A stretch of 64,000 nt of DNA, from NCBI GenBank assembly GCA_965199825.1, contig OZ241329.1:1736556-1800555 (forward strand), written 5' to 3'. The notes beneath the pieces are model-generated. The model did no database searches. It was given only the letters and a program-made list of their open reading frames with translations, and was not told the DNA's origin. The DNA comes from Bdellovibrionales bacterium (GTDB lineage: Bacteria; Bdellovibrionota; Bdellovibrionia; Bdellovibrionales; UBA1609). Positions within the stretch are counted from its first letter, which is position 1, and each line of letters opens with the position of its first letter. Of the stretch, positions 32,997-42,357 are shown piece after piece. A program made the translations under genes and the position numbers.

Positions 32997-34297
32997 GGCT
33001 TATTTCTCTTGCGTAAGTAGCGCAGTGGTAAACCAGAGAGTGTCAGGCCGATGGAATAAAGAGTCATCATCGGCTGATCTACAACAGTATTAAATAAAAT
33101 GTATATACATCCCATAATCGCAATCATCGGAATAAAAGGGTAAAGCGGTGTGCGATACATATTTGGAGGTGTTGCTTCGTTTTTGCGGCGCAAAAGAAAA
33201 AGTCCAATAAATGCGAGAGCAAAAAACATATACAGGCTGAAAATCGCCATGTCGGTCAAAAAATCGGGATTACTAAATAAAATCATGAGCGTTGCAATGG
33301 AGGCTTGCAACAGAATCGAAACCATTGGTGTTCTGAAGGTGGGATGCACATAGGCAATCCATTTTGAAAATGGCAGTTCGTCTCGCAATGCCATTGCAAA
33401 AGGAACACGAGTATTGCCCAAAGTATTTCCATTGAGACTACCAAAAATTGAAATCAGAATTCCAATTGAGATCATGCGGCCGCCCCATGACCCAAACAAT
33501 TGGGTTGCGGCTTCGTTCGCTGCAGACTCACCCAGCTGGGCGATTTGAATTCCGGTCAAAGTATGAAACAGGGCGATATTCACACTTAGGTAAGCAATCA
33601 CCACAACACTCAAACCTAAAACAATCGCCCTTGGTAAATCGCGCGCCGGATTTTTCATTTCGCCAGCCACATTTCCAACCAGCATCCAACCGTCGTAAGC
33701 AAACAAGGTGGATAAAACCGCGCCGCCGACACTTCCAACAGGTGGAGATCCACTGGTCGCGCCGAATATGGGTTCGTGACCGAGGAGTAATCCAAAGATG
33801 GCGATGGCAAATATAGGAATCAATTTAACAAATGTTGTGAACTGTTGAACCATGCCGCCGTATTTTGCGCCGGCAATATTTACCGAAATCAAAATGGCCA
33901 TGGCGGAGATAGCAATTAAAGTTGAATACGATTTGTCTATTCCGCTGACCGAAGTGGCGACCGAACCAAAATAGAGGCTGATTGCAGCGATAATAGCTGG
34001 TCCATAGATAACAGTTTGAACCCAGCCACAAAGGTAACCCAATGTGCTGCCGTAAATCTCTTCGATATATGTATAGACACCGCCGGTACGAGGAATTCGT
34101 GCGGCAACCTCGGCGATTGTGAGACCACCACAGATGGTGATCATTCCGCCAAAGAGCCACGAAGCCAGAGCCCAATTCGAATTGCCAACCAATAAAATGA
34201 TTTTACCGGGTTTAACAAAAACCCCAGAACCAATCACACATCCAACGACAATACTCGTCGCTGTCCAAAAACTGAGATCTCTACGTAAAGCTGTCAT
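32993..34297 (-). CDS. APC-family amino acid permease
   Basis: 434 aa, about 12 TM helices. N-terminal SFWTATSIVVGCVIGSGVFVKPG is typical of the APC superfamily. 4-nt overlap with the MFS gene. Confidence 0.85.
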   Translation of the reverse strand: MTALRRDLSFWTATSIVVGCVIGSGVFVKPGKIILLVGNSNWALASWLFGGMITICGGLTIAEVAARIPRTGGVYTYIEEIYGSTLGYLCGWVQTVIYGPAIIAAISLYFGSVATSVSGIDKSYSTLIAISAMAILISVNIAGAKYGGMVQQFTTFVKLIPIFAIAIFGLLLGHEPIFGATSGSPPVGSVGGAVLSTLFAYDGWMLVGNVAGEMKNPARDLPRAIVLGLSVVVIAYLSVNIALFHTLTGIQIAQLGESAANEAATQLFGSWGGRMISIGILISIFGSLNGNTLGNTRVPFAMALRDELPFSKWIAYVHPTFRTPMVSILLQASIATLMILFSNPDFLTDMAIFSLYMFFALAFIGLFLLRRKNEATPPNMYRTPLYPFIPMIAIMGCIYILFNTVVDQPMMTLYSIGLTLSGLPLRYLRKRNKP

Positions 34298-34343
34298 GAT
34301 ATATTGTCTTTATCCAAACTTTATCAAAACAGCTAACGATTTT

Positions 34344-34871
34344 TTAACTGGGGCGTTCGCCGAGCAAGAGATAGAATGTCCAGCGGCTGATTCTCTGGAA
34401 TGAACCCACATGATTTTTGTGCGAGTACAAAAATGCCAAGACCACCTTTTGATAATTCACATAAAGGTTCATGACATCAAAAACTTCGCCGTCGATTTCA
34501 ATCAAATCACCAAGTTCGATAGATTCTTTAGCAGCTAGAGGCTTGATATTTTTTTTTAACATTGAGACCGCCATCCCTTGGGTCGCAAAGAAGACACGCC
34601 TTGGGTTAGGGGTGTAAGTGTCGTCGCTAAAGTAGGTAAAAATGTCTGGAGGATAATTTCCGCGGCGTTTGTAGGTCACGTTGTGGATTGTAGCTTGGGG
34701 AAATTGAAAATTTGGTTCGAGCTGTTGCAACAAAGGTGGGCCGATGAGTGCCTGATCAGTACACCGGTTGTTTAAAAAATTGATCGCTTTATCAGGTTGA
34801 GAATTCGCAACGAATGAATAATCGTCACACGCCCTCGCAAGACTCATCAAACAATAAATTAAAAACACCAT
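34344..34871 (-). CDS. Hypothetical secreted protein (175 aa)
   Basis: Short signal-like N-terminus (MVFLIYCLMSLARAC). No recognised domain. It lies 46 nt upstream of the permease gene on the same strand. Confidence 0.45.
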   Translation of the reverse strand: MVFLIYCLMSLARACDDYSFVANSQPDKAINFLNNRCTDQALIGPPLLQQLEPNFQFPQATIHNVTYKRRGNYPPDIFTYFSDDTYTPNPRRVFFATQGMAVSMLKKNIKPLAAKESIELGDLIEIDGEVFDVMNLYVNYQKVVLAFLYSHKNHVGSFQRISRWTFYLLLGERPS

Positions 34872-35072
34872 GTTGTGACTTATAGCTTAAAATGAACAAA
34901 AAATCTTTAGTTAGTGAGGGAAGTGCAAACATTCCTGCTGTTAGAGTCGGGTCTATGATTAAATTCACTTGCCCTAGTTTTAGAATGGCATCAAGATCGA
35001 GGACGTCAGTATTAAAATTGTCGAGACGGATTCACCATCTTGGCTAATAAATACATAAAAAGGAGTATCAGC

Positions 35073-35660
35073 ATGAAAAAACAATTTACCTTTGCAATGA
35101 TCATTGCATCTGTATTGAGCATTGGCCAAGTGGCTTTTGCAAAAGATAAAAAAGAGCATAAAGAAGAAACGGTAATGGTTGGTGGAGCAGCAATGTATCC
35201 AAGCAAAAACATCATCCAAAATGCGGTAAATTCAAACGACCATAAAACATTGGTTGCGGCTGTTAAAGCTGCTGGTTTGGTAAGCACTCTTGAAGGTAAA
35301 GGTCCATTTACCGTATTTGCACCTACAGACGAAGCCTTTGCAAAATTGCCTGCAGGAACAGTTGATACTCTTGTTAAGCCTGAAAATAAAAAGAAGCTGA
35401 CAGAAATTCTGACCTATCACGTTGTATCCGGTAATCTGACTGCAGACAAAATTGCGCCAATGATCAAAAAGAACGGTGGCAAAGCAATCTTGAAAACAGT
35501 TGAAGGTTCGAACCTAACAGCAATGATGGAAGGCGATACCCTAGTTCTTGTTGATGGAATGAATGGTAAATCCTCAGTGAGCATCAAAGACGTCAAACAA
35601 TCAAATGGAGTGATCCACGTGATTGATACCGTTTTAATGCCTCCACCAGCTAAAAAATAA
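35073..35660 (+). CDS. Fasciclin (FAS1) domain secreted protein
   Basis: AAAGGAG RBS 9 nt upstream of ATG 35073. Signal peptide ending VAFA. FAS1 motifs TVFAPTDEAF and NGVIHVIDTVLMP. Confidence 0.88.
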   Translation: MKKQFTFAMIIASVLSIGQVAFAKDKKEHKEETVMVGGAAMYPSKNIIQNAVNSNDHKTLVAAVKAAGLVSTLEGKGPFTVFAPTDEAFAKLPAGTVDTLVKPENKKKLTEILTYHVVSGNLTADKIAPMIKKNGGKAILKTVEGSNLTAMMEGDTLVLVDGMNGKSSVSIKDVKQSNGVIHVIDTVLMPPPAKK

Positions 35661-35673
35661 TCTGTTTTTTAAA

Positions 35674-35708
35674 GGGCATGTCGTCAATTGACATGCCCGC
35701 TTTTTTTT
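35674..35708 (+). terminator. Rho-independent terminator after the fasciclin gene
   Basis: GGGCATGTC-GTCAATT-GACATGCCC hairpin followed by GC and T9. Confidence 0.85.
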
Positions 35709-35736
35709 ATCTGAACTTACTGTTACCAATAGAGTT

Positions 35737-37464
35737 ATGATTTACATCCTTTTGTTTTTATTTAGTGCTTCTGCATTTGCTCCTGCCCTCAACATTCGAC
35801 AAACCGCAATGCTTGAGACCCTAAACCAAATTCATTCACTCTATATGCAGCAATATGCGCCGCTGATCTGGAAAGATGAGCAAAAGCCAAATCAAATCGA
35901 AGACCAATTTCGATTGATCTATCATGCCATTCAAGATGATCCCAACATGTCTAAAGATCAATTTCGCCAATATCTTTTTGAGTTTATTCACACCACTCGC
36001 GATTATCATGTGCAGATTGAATTCTTCTCGACCGAAAGTTCGATGTTGCCAATAACACTGAGGAGCGAAGAAGGCCGCATTTTTGTGGTCTATATTGAGC
36101 CCGAAGTTAAAGATGATCCTATTTATCAAGATGTCGAGATTGGTGATGAGATTATTGGCTGGAATGGGCGCCCGGCCATCGATGTTCTCAACGAAATCAT
36201 CGCGAAGATCGCGAGCAATAATCCCGGTACCGATCGAAGAATTGCCGAAATCAAAATGACCACACGGCTAAAGAGTCACAGGTCAGAAATTCCGGTGGGT
36301 GATGTGATAGTTGATTTCAAAAGATCTCAAGAAGATGGTTCAAAAGTTTTTACTAAAGCCTTAACTTGGAAACACATTCCTGAGTATGTACCCCAAGAAT
36401 TATCGATCTTTGATTCTCTTCTTCACCTCGCGGGATTTACAGTCCCAACCAACAACACCAGTTATTTTAGCAAATTGATCGGTCGTGAAAGTCGTTTGCG
36501 AAATAAGGTTTATCGTTCCCGCACGGAAGAAGAAAACCCTTATTCCTTGGGAGCTCGAGATTCTTTTGTTCCTACATTAGGAAAAGTGATTTGGAAAAAT
36601 GCCGACGACAATCCGTTTAAATCTTATATTTATCGTAATGAAAATAATCATCTGATTGGTTATCTTCGCATCCCCAATTATTTATTTTGTTCACGACAAG
36701 ATCTTGAAGCCTTTGACGAAACCATTAACGAACTCGAATCTAAAACGGATGCACTTGTAATTGATCAAGTGGCCAATCCTGGTGGACGCCTTTATTTTTC
36801 CTACGCGGTGGTCTCAAGATTTATCGACAAACCAGTGAGGGTGCTTCCTCATAAAATAGTCCTTACCGAAAGCACCGCCTATCGCGCTTATCAACAACTG
36901 AATGATATCGAAAAAATATCGCGTGTTCCGAATTTAACTGCAATTTTAAATATGGAGGACTCCTGTGGTATGGAGGCGGGTCCAAATTTCTTCTATGGGC
37001 TAAAAGAATTTAATTTATTTATTTTGGATCAACTCAAAAAAGGTCTTCATCTTTCGGAGCCCGTGGCAATCGATGGAATCGCCAATCTGAATCCTCATTC
37101 GAAAGTTCGCTATACAAAACCAAAATTAATGTTGATTGAACATCTCGATGTTTCAGCTGCCGATTTTGTGCCCGCAATGTTTCAAGACAGCAAAGCGCTA
37201 ACACTTTTTGGCAGCTCGACTTCGGGTGCAGGCGGGATGGTGAGCGAATTTGAGCCTCCCAATCAATTTGGTATTAGCATGGTGACATTTACGACCTCAC
37301 AAGGAATTAGAAAAGATGGCCGCCCGCTCGAAAACAATGGGGTTGCTCCAGATATCAAATACGACATCACGCCTAAGGATTTGCAGGACAGTTATCAGGA
37401 CTATAAAACGGCGGTAAACAAGGCTATCTCAGGTTTAGTGAATGAGAATTACCAATCTAAATAA
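35737..37464 (+). CDS. Secreted S41-family serine peptidase, CPAF-like subtype
   Basis: Signal peptide. IDQVANPGGRL (S41 N-x-GG box). EHLDVSAADFVPAMFQD...LFGSSTSGAGGMV resembles, from memory, the catalytic-Ser region of chlamydial CPAF. Confidence 0.75.
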   Translation: MIYILLFLFSASAFAPALNIRQTAMLETLNQIHSLYMQQYAPLIWKDEQKPNQIEDQFRLIYHAIQDDPNMSKDQFRQYLFEFIHTTRDYHVQIEFFSTESSMLPITLRSEEGRIFVVYIEPEVKDDPIYQDVEIGDEIIGWNGRPAIDVLNEIIAKIASNNPGTDRRIAEIKMTTRLKSHRSEIPVGDVIVDFKRSQEDGSKVFTKALTWKHIPEYVPQELSIFDSLLHLAGFTVPTNNTSYFSKLIGRESRLRNKVYRSRTEEENPYSLGARDSFVPTLGKVIWKNADDNPFKSYIYRNENNHLIGYLRIPNYLFCSRQDLEAFDETINELESKTDALVIDQVANPGGRLYFSYAVVSRFIDKPVRVLPHKIVLTESTAYRAYQQLNDIEKISRVPNLTAILNMEDSCGMEAGPNFFYGLKEFNLFILDQLKKGLHLSEPVAIDGIANLNPHSKVRYTKPKLMLIEHLDVSAADFVPAMFQDSKALTLFGSSTSGAGGMVSEFEPPNQFGISMVTFTTSQGIRKDGRPLENNGVAPDIKYDITPKDLQDSYQDYKTAVNKAISGLVNENYQSK

Positions 37465-38054
37465 TCGCGTCGGATAAGATGATTTCTGGCTTGCTCAATA
37501 TTATTCAAAGGTGAGCTTTGATCTGAAAGTTTTTTTACGAGTGCAACACGATCTAAAAGTGGAGCAAAGGGAATCAGAACCACATCAAATCCAAGACGGG
37601 TGTAAATGGATTGGAGTCCATTCTCAATTGCCTCGGCGGATTCGATGGCGCCAATACGATTTTTAGAATCGCTCACAGTTTGAATCAAAAAAACTTTTTT
37701 ATTGTAAGAGTTGAGATTTGCTTTCGCGATCAATTCGAAAGCTTTTTCGGTTTGGGAAAATGATCGATATTTTATAAAACACGCCCCGTCGATCACGCAG
37801 CGATCTAGAAAATATTTTTGGCCAGTTTGCATTTGTGATTCACGTTGAAGTTGAAGGCCTGTGATCATTTCTTGGCTTTCGCTTAAAAGCCATGGCTCAG
37901 AAATCCCTCGGGCTTGCGAGTAACGAATAAAATCAATCGCCGCTTCAGGAACAATCCGTTCGCCTATATTTTCAAGGCCTAGAGCGATCGAAGTTTTACC
38001 TGCGCCGGGTGCGCCGGTTAAAATAAAGCCAAGATCTGAAGATGTTTTTGTCAT
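37449..38054 (-). CDS. P-loop ATPase/kinase (AAA_28 / NadR-kinase-like)
   Basis: Walker [10 protein letters not shown] at the N-terminus. About 200 aa. Walker-B-like [10 protein letters not shown]. 16-nt convergent overlap with the peptidase gene. Confidence 0.65.
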   Translation of the reverse strand: MTKTSSDLGFILTGAPGAGKTSIALGLENIGERIVPEAAIDFIRYSQARGISEPWLLSESQEMITGLQLQRESQMQTGQKYFLDRCVIDGACFIKYRSFSQTEKAFELIAKANLNSYNKKVFLIQTVSDSKNRIGAIESAEAIENGLQSIYTRLGFDVVLIPFAPLLDRVALVKKLSDQSSPLNNIEQARNHLIRRDYLDW

Positions 38055-38069
38055 TTTGATTATTTTTAT

Positions 38070-38146
<77 letters not shown>

Positions 38147-38184
38147 AACTAAAACTTTTTAAGAACTTAGACAGCAATGAAGTT

Positions 38185-38901
38185 TTATTCAACAGTTTTA
38201 CGAAGTGCGGGTGAATGAGTATTAAAAAATCCCTGCTTTTGAATCATCAGCTGTTGAGCCGCACTCGCAAACAGTTGATGAAGAAGATCAGATTCTACTA
38301 AGGGCCAATGGCCCTGCTGCAGTCCAGCTGAGATGATTTTGATGCGTTGTTTGGCTTTATAAAAATCAATATTGTCTCGAATCAACTTGTAGGCTCCATA
38401 AGCTAAAACAGGACCGCCCACAGATGCGACCAAATAAGGGGGAACGGTTCCTTTCTCAGTCATGATGATCGAAAGTTGTCTCACAAGAGTTCCTGCAAAC
38501 AGTCCTGAGGCTCCGTAAACCGTGAGGTCTTCGAGGTTGAATGCAACGGTATAAAGTCGCAAAGCCTTTTTAAGCTTCAAAAAGAGTTCGTTTTCAAATT
38601 TTGTAATATCAGAGGGCGTGGTGATGTCGATCGAAAGAGAAACAGTTGAGCATTCAAGATCAGGCTGAGAAATAAAATTGCGAATTTGATCTGCCGATTT
38701 GGTGACATTCGGATCGAAAGGGCAATTTTGAAATGTCATCTGAGTTGAGTCGTAAATAGTCCGGACCAAAATCTGTTTTTTTTTGAAAGAAACAATCATG
38801 GGATTTCGTTCGACACTATTGTCGAAAGCTAAGACGTGGAGAGAAAAAAGAATCACCAAGTTGAGCATCAAACGATTTAGAGCAGAAAGGGTGCCAAACA
38901 C
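38185..38901 (-). CDS. Hypothetical protein (238 aa) with an N-terminal signal/anchor
   Basis: Hydrophobic N-terminus (LMLNLVILFSLHVLA) and an internal hydrophobic Gly-rich segment. No recognised domain. Confidence 0.5.
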   Translation of the reverse strand: MFGTLSALNRLMLNLVILFSLHVLAFDNSVERNPMIVSFKKKQILVRTIYDSTQMTFQNCPFDPNVTKSADQIRNFISQPDLECSTVSLSIDITTPSDITKFENELFLKLKKALRLYTVAFNLEDLTVYGASGLFAGTLVRQLSIIMTEKGTVPPYLVASVGGPVLAYGAYKLIRDNIDFYKAKQRIKIISAGLQQGHWPLVESDLLHQLFASAAQQLMIQKQGFFNTHSPALRKTVE

Positions 38902-39038
38902 AAGTCGAAGTTAGGGCCAAACTGAGCTTTTTGTGTAAAAGTTTATTTCATTGGAGCGCTCTATTTTTCAAACCCCTCGGCCAGTGCGTTAAAGAAAACA
39001 GTTTGCACCTTGGATCGAGCATTCTTACCATAGCAGCC

Positions 39039-40496
39039 ATGAGATCAATATTATTAGTGTTTTTGTTTTTGGGTTTTGATGTTTTTGCGGCTGAGGCCAA
39101 AATCAGTGATTTTACTCTAGGTGCTGAATTTCGCTTCCGGGATGTTTTTGAACAGAATCCTACCCTTCAAGGGAATGCGAACACTCCCCAAAATTCGGCA
39201 AAATCGAGAGTCAAATTGAATGTTGGCTTTAGGGCGACCGAAAAGTTCACCGCCACATTGACTCTTTTGCACGCGGCACGCTGGGGAGCAAAGGATCCCT
39301 CGTTGGTGGGAGATTCATCAACCGGAAATAGCGATCGAGCCACCGCCGACGGCGTGGGGAACTCAGACAATACGGTGTTGGTTCAACAGGCCTTTGGAGC
39401 CTGGCTTATTGCCGATTCTTTTTTGCTAAAATTTGGACGGAGTTCATTTGGAATCGGCGATGGGACGGTGATCGCCGAAAATGATTACGAGGATGTTCCC
39501 TTATCATTTGAAGGATTGTGGGGAATTTACGAGTGGGACTTTATGCGGCTGACCGCATTTGTCCTCAAACTTGCAAACTTTTCCTCGAGCTTTAACAAAC
39601 TGCAGGCTGGGGCATTGGGAACACAACCCGTTTTGTCGGGTTCTACCGCTGCGAATCCTGATGCCAATGCTTACGGACTTTCGCTTGATTTCAAGCTGTT
39701 GCCCTCATGGTTAAAGTCCTCGAATTTTTATGTCCTGAAAAATCAAAAAGACACATCGCCTGGAACAGGAAGTACACTTGCAACCACCAATCTGACCGAT
39801 CTGATGGCGGGGCTTGGTGAAGACACCTTGCGATTTGGAGCCTCGATTGAAGGCGAAGTTGCCCATTTTGATTATCATCTTTCCTACAACGGGATATCTG
39901 GCAACTATCGCGGCGTCGATTTGAGTGTCAGTCCTGCCGGACAAATGTGCAGTCAATCGAGCTGTAAGGCGGATAGTTTTATGGTGCAGGCCACCGTTGG
40001 TTTTACTGTGCCGAAGTGGTTGCATAGCCGATTTTTTGCGACCTACCACATGGATAGTGGCCAAAAATCGGGAGAGCAAAATTTGTCGCTTTATGATGGG
40101 TATTTTTACGAGCAACATGAAATTACCAACGGCGGCCTGATGGGCCTTTTGCGCTGGGGAAATCTGACCTATTCCACACTTGGATACTCCAACGAACCCT
40201 TTGAGCAGCTTGAGGCTGGAATCTTACTCACTAACTTTTCCAGAACCGAAACCGGAAGCCAGCTGAGACCAGGGGTTTATGGTCGCGGAATTTTTGATCT
40301 TTACACTTCGGCCTCCTCTGCAAGTGCAGATGTTGGGCGCGAGATCGATATCTATGCGATCCGGAAATACGACAACGGTTTTGAGCTCGAGGCCCGCTTT
40401 GGAGTATTTATGCCAGGAGCCTACTCCAAAGATATAAACTCAGGTCATGCCGACAATGACCAACAGATTTTCTTGCAAGGAAAGATGGTATTTTAA
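39039..40496 (+). CDS. Outer-membrane beta-barrel porin (alginate-export-like family)
   Basis: Start taken at MRSILLVFLFLGFDVFA (signal peptide). Alternating beta-strand pattern. LGAEFRFRD...RVKLNVGF...HAARWG is typical of the Alginate_exp family. C-terminal ...GKMVF ends in an aromatic residue. Confidence 0.75.
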   Translation: MRSILLVFLFLGFDVFAAEAKISDFTLGAEFRFRDVFEQNPTLQGNANTPQNSAKSRVKLNVGFRATEKFTATLTLLHAARWGAKDPSLVGDSSTGNSDRATADGVGNSDNTVLVQQAFGAWLIADSFLLKFGRSSFGIGDGTVIAENDYEDVPLSFEGLWGIYEWDFMRLTAFVLKLANFSSSFNKLQAGALGTQPVLSGSTAANPDANAYGLSLDFKLLPSWLKSSNFYVLKNQKDTSPGTGSTLATTNLTDLMAGLGEDTLRFGASIEGEVAHFDYHLSYNGISGNYRGVDLSVSPAGQMCSQSSCKADSFMVQATVGFTVPKWLHSRFFATYHMDSGQKSGEQNLSLYDGYFYEQHEITNGGLMGLLRWGNLTYSTLGYSNEPFEQLEAGILLTNFSRTETGSQLRPGVYGRGIFDLYTSASSASADVGREIDIYAIRKYDNGFELEARFGVFMPGAYSKDINSGHADNDQQIFLQGKMVF

Positions 40497-40498
40497 TT

Positions 40499-40984
40499 AT
40501 GCTGCAAATTTTTGTGATGCTTTTGTGCATTGCCCAAGCGCGTGTGTTTAAAAAAATGGACATTCCTGATGTGCTTCAGGCTGATTTTAATCAAATCATG
40601 GATTCGGCTGATGACATGTATCAGGCTTGTTTGACCCGAAAAGAAGATCTGATCGATCAAAAATTGGTGGAGCTTCAAAAGAGTATTCAGAAAGCCGAGC
40701 AGCAAACCAAATTGGTTGGACCTGCTAAAACCCATCTTGATCGCATTCTGAATGGAACATCGATGGCGGTTGAAAAGGCGCGCGGCAAACACGGAGAAGA
40801 ATTGAGTAAAGGACTAAAGGACACGTTTCATCAACTTGTTCAGATTGCTCAGATATTTAAGGTCGAAAAAGTGAACATCTTTTTTTGTAATCTCGATCAG
40901 ACCGTTTGGGTGCAAAAAGATAAAAAGCCCCAAAATCCGATACACCCCAGAGAATACCGAGGTTGCGGTAAGCTCGTACAATGA
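40499..40984 (+). CDS. Hypothetical secreted helical protein, DUF3347-like C-terminus
   Basis: 2 nt after the porin stop. Signal peptide. The C-terminal FFCNLDQTVWVQKDKKPQNPIHPREYRGCG resembles the DUF3347 pattern C-P-M...W-x-Q...N-P-Y...C-G. The call is weak and from memory. Confidence 0.5.
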   Translation: MLQIFVMLLCIAQARVFKKMDIPDVLQADFNQIMDSADDMYQACLTRKEDLIDQKLVELQKSIQKAEQQTKLVGPAKTHLDRILNGTSMAVEKARGKHGEELSKGLKDTFHQLVQIAQIFKVEKVNIFFCNLDQTVWVQKDKKPQNPIHPREYRGCGKLVQ

Positions 40985-41586
40985 ATTGGATAACCTCGCT
41001 TCCAAAAGGTGTTCTTATTTTTTTACTCCTAGGCGGCGGAATATTTCTGATTGTGGCCTTTAACCCGCCCTACACCGTTTGTGACTCACAACTTGAGATT
41101 TTTAAAAAAAATCAAACACGATTTATTTATATTGATCCAAAAGAAAAATTGGTGAAAACTGCACGAATTGAGACATTTAATGACAGCTGCAAAATGGCGA
41201 ATTCACCTGGTGGGTGCTACGAACTATTTATGAAAATGAAGAGGTTGTTGAGGGATCTCGAAAATGCGCCTCGCGATTGCGCCGACACTTTAAGTTCACT
41301 TCCTGAGGTCAAAAAAGCTCTTTGGCGTCACATGCGATTGATGGTGGATCTGGCATGGGGTGAAAAACCGCCGACCTCGTATTATGAAAAGCTTGCGTGG
41401 TTTGATGCGGCTGATCTTTCTTTGTACTGCAATCTTAAAAAAGACCTTGAGACATTCTATGGCACCGAAGAATTTTCGGCCTTTAGAGAAAAATTATTTG
41501 GGGAGCTTCCTGGAGCAAAAAGCCTTTCGCGCGACCAGGTTTGGAATATGATGTTACTTTCAACCGACTGTAGGAAATATTTATGA
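40981..41586 (+). CDS. Hypothetical membrane-anchored Cys-rich protein (201 aa)
   Basis: ATGA overlap with the upstream gene. One N-terminal TM helix. 7 Cys in the extracytoplasmic part. Confidence 0.5.
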   Translation: MNWITSLPKGVLIFLLLGGGIFLIVAFNPPYTVCDSQLEIFKKNQTRFIYIDPKEKLVKTARIETFNDSCKMANSPGGCYELFMKMKRLLRDLENAPRDCADTLSSLPEVKKALWRHMRLMVDLAWGEKPPTSYYEKLAWFDAADLSLYCNLKKDLETFYGTEEFSAFREKLFGELPGAKSLSRDQVWNMMLLSTDCRKYL

Positions 41587-41978
41587 AGCCGATGATGCGT
41601 GCACTTGCATTGGAAATTTTTGGGATCTTTCAGGCCGCTCTGCTTTTTCATTTTATTGATTCAAGACGAATTGCGGGGCTCACTGCCGGATCAATCTTTG
41701 TGGTGATTGAGGTTGCCGTAATGATTTTGGCATTGCGCTCAGAAACCGGAAAAAAATCTTTTTGTCTTTGGTTTGGGTTGGTGATGCTGGTGGTTTTTTC
41801 GCTCCCAATGCTGATTGCTCGGGTCGCAAACTTTGAGATGACGTGGTCAGATATCAAGGTTTGGGGATATTCGGGGCCGCAAATGCATCGTTATTCGATG
41901 TACTGTTACACCGCACTGATGAGTGCGACCCTTGTCGATGCGATAATTATTCGATGGAAAAAGGTTTGGCCGAAATAG
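41583..41978 (+). CDS. Hypothetical integral membrane protein (131 aa, about 4 TM)
   Basis: ATGA overlap with the upstream gene. Four hydrophobic segments. Confidence 0.5.
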   Translation: MKPMMRALALEIFGIFQAALLFHFIDSRRIAGLTAGSIFVVIEVAVMILALRSETGKKSFCLWFGLVMLVVFSLPMLIARVANFEMTWSDIKVWGYSGPQMHRYSMYCYTALMSATLVDAIIIRWKKVWPK

Positions 41979-42219
41979 GTTCTGGACGCTCGTGATTGTC
42001 ATAAGCATCAGTACCAAGTGGCAACAAAGCAAGGCTTCGGGCTTTTTTGATTGCACCCGCAACACGCTTTTGTTGAGCAAGGCTCAATTTGCTAATACGT
42101 GAAGGGATCACTTTGCCGCCTTCCATTGTGAAGCGCGAAAGTGTCAATGGGTCTTTATAATCAAAATTAAAATCTACAGGGAACTCAGGACGGAATTTGG
42201 AACGATACGATTTTTTCAA
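41947..42219 (-). CDS. rpsR: 30S ribosomal protein S18
   Basis: FDYKDPLTLSRFTMEGGKVIPSRISKLSLAQQKRVAGAIKKARSLALLP matches the S18 core. Confidence 0.92.
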   Translation of the reverse strand: MKKSYRSKFRPEFPVDFNFDYKDPLTLSRFTMEGGKVIPSRISKLSLAQQKRVAGAIKKARSLALLPLGTDAYDNHERPEPISAKPFSIE

Positions 42220-42292
42220 TTTGATCCTCTTTGCAAATCAGTGATCGGCAAACCTATGAAAATCACTTCAGAAAGGCAAGGGGAAATGTATG

Positions 42293-42321
42293 TTGCCAAC
42301 GTTTAAAAATTTATTTATACG
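42293..42321 (+). promoter_or_regulatory. Putative promoter of rpmB
   Basis: TTGCCA (42293-42298), a 17-nt spacer, then TATACG (42316-42321), 36 nt upstream of the rpmB ATG. Confidence 0.3.
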
Positions 42322-42357
42322 AGTCCTTTGTCACCAGCAACAATTGGGGAAGAATTT

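Noticed and set aside
33448-34175. ORFs of 116-122 aa lie in other frames or strands across the APC permease gene. A 135-aa ORF (39711-40118) runs antisense to the porin gene.
   Set aside because: They are embedded in well-supported CDSs. Their Arg/His/Trp-rich composition is typical of non-coding frames.
34872-35072. I considered the 200-nt intergenic region upstream of the fasciclin gene as a possible riboswitch or sRNA.
   Set aside because: I recognise no conserved riboswitch core in it (TPP, SAM, FMN, glycine, c-di-GMP and similar) and see no convincing stable structure. It is more simply a divergent promoter region. A Rfam/Infernal scan would settle it.
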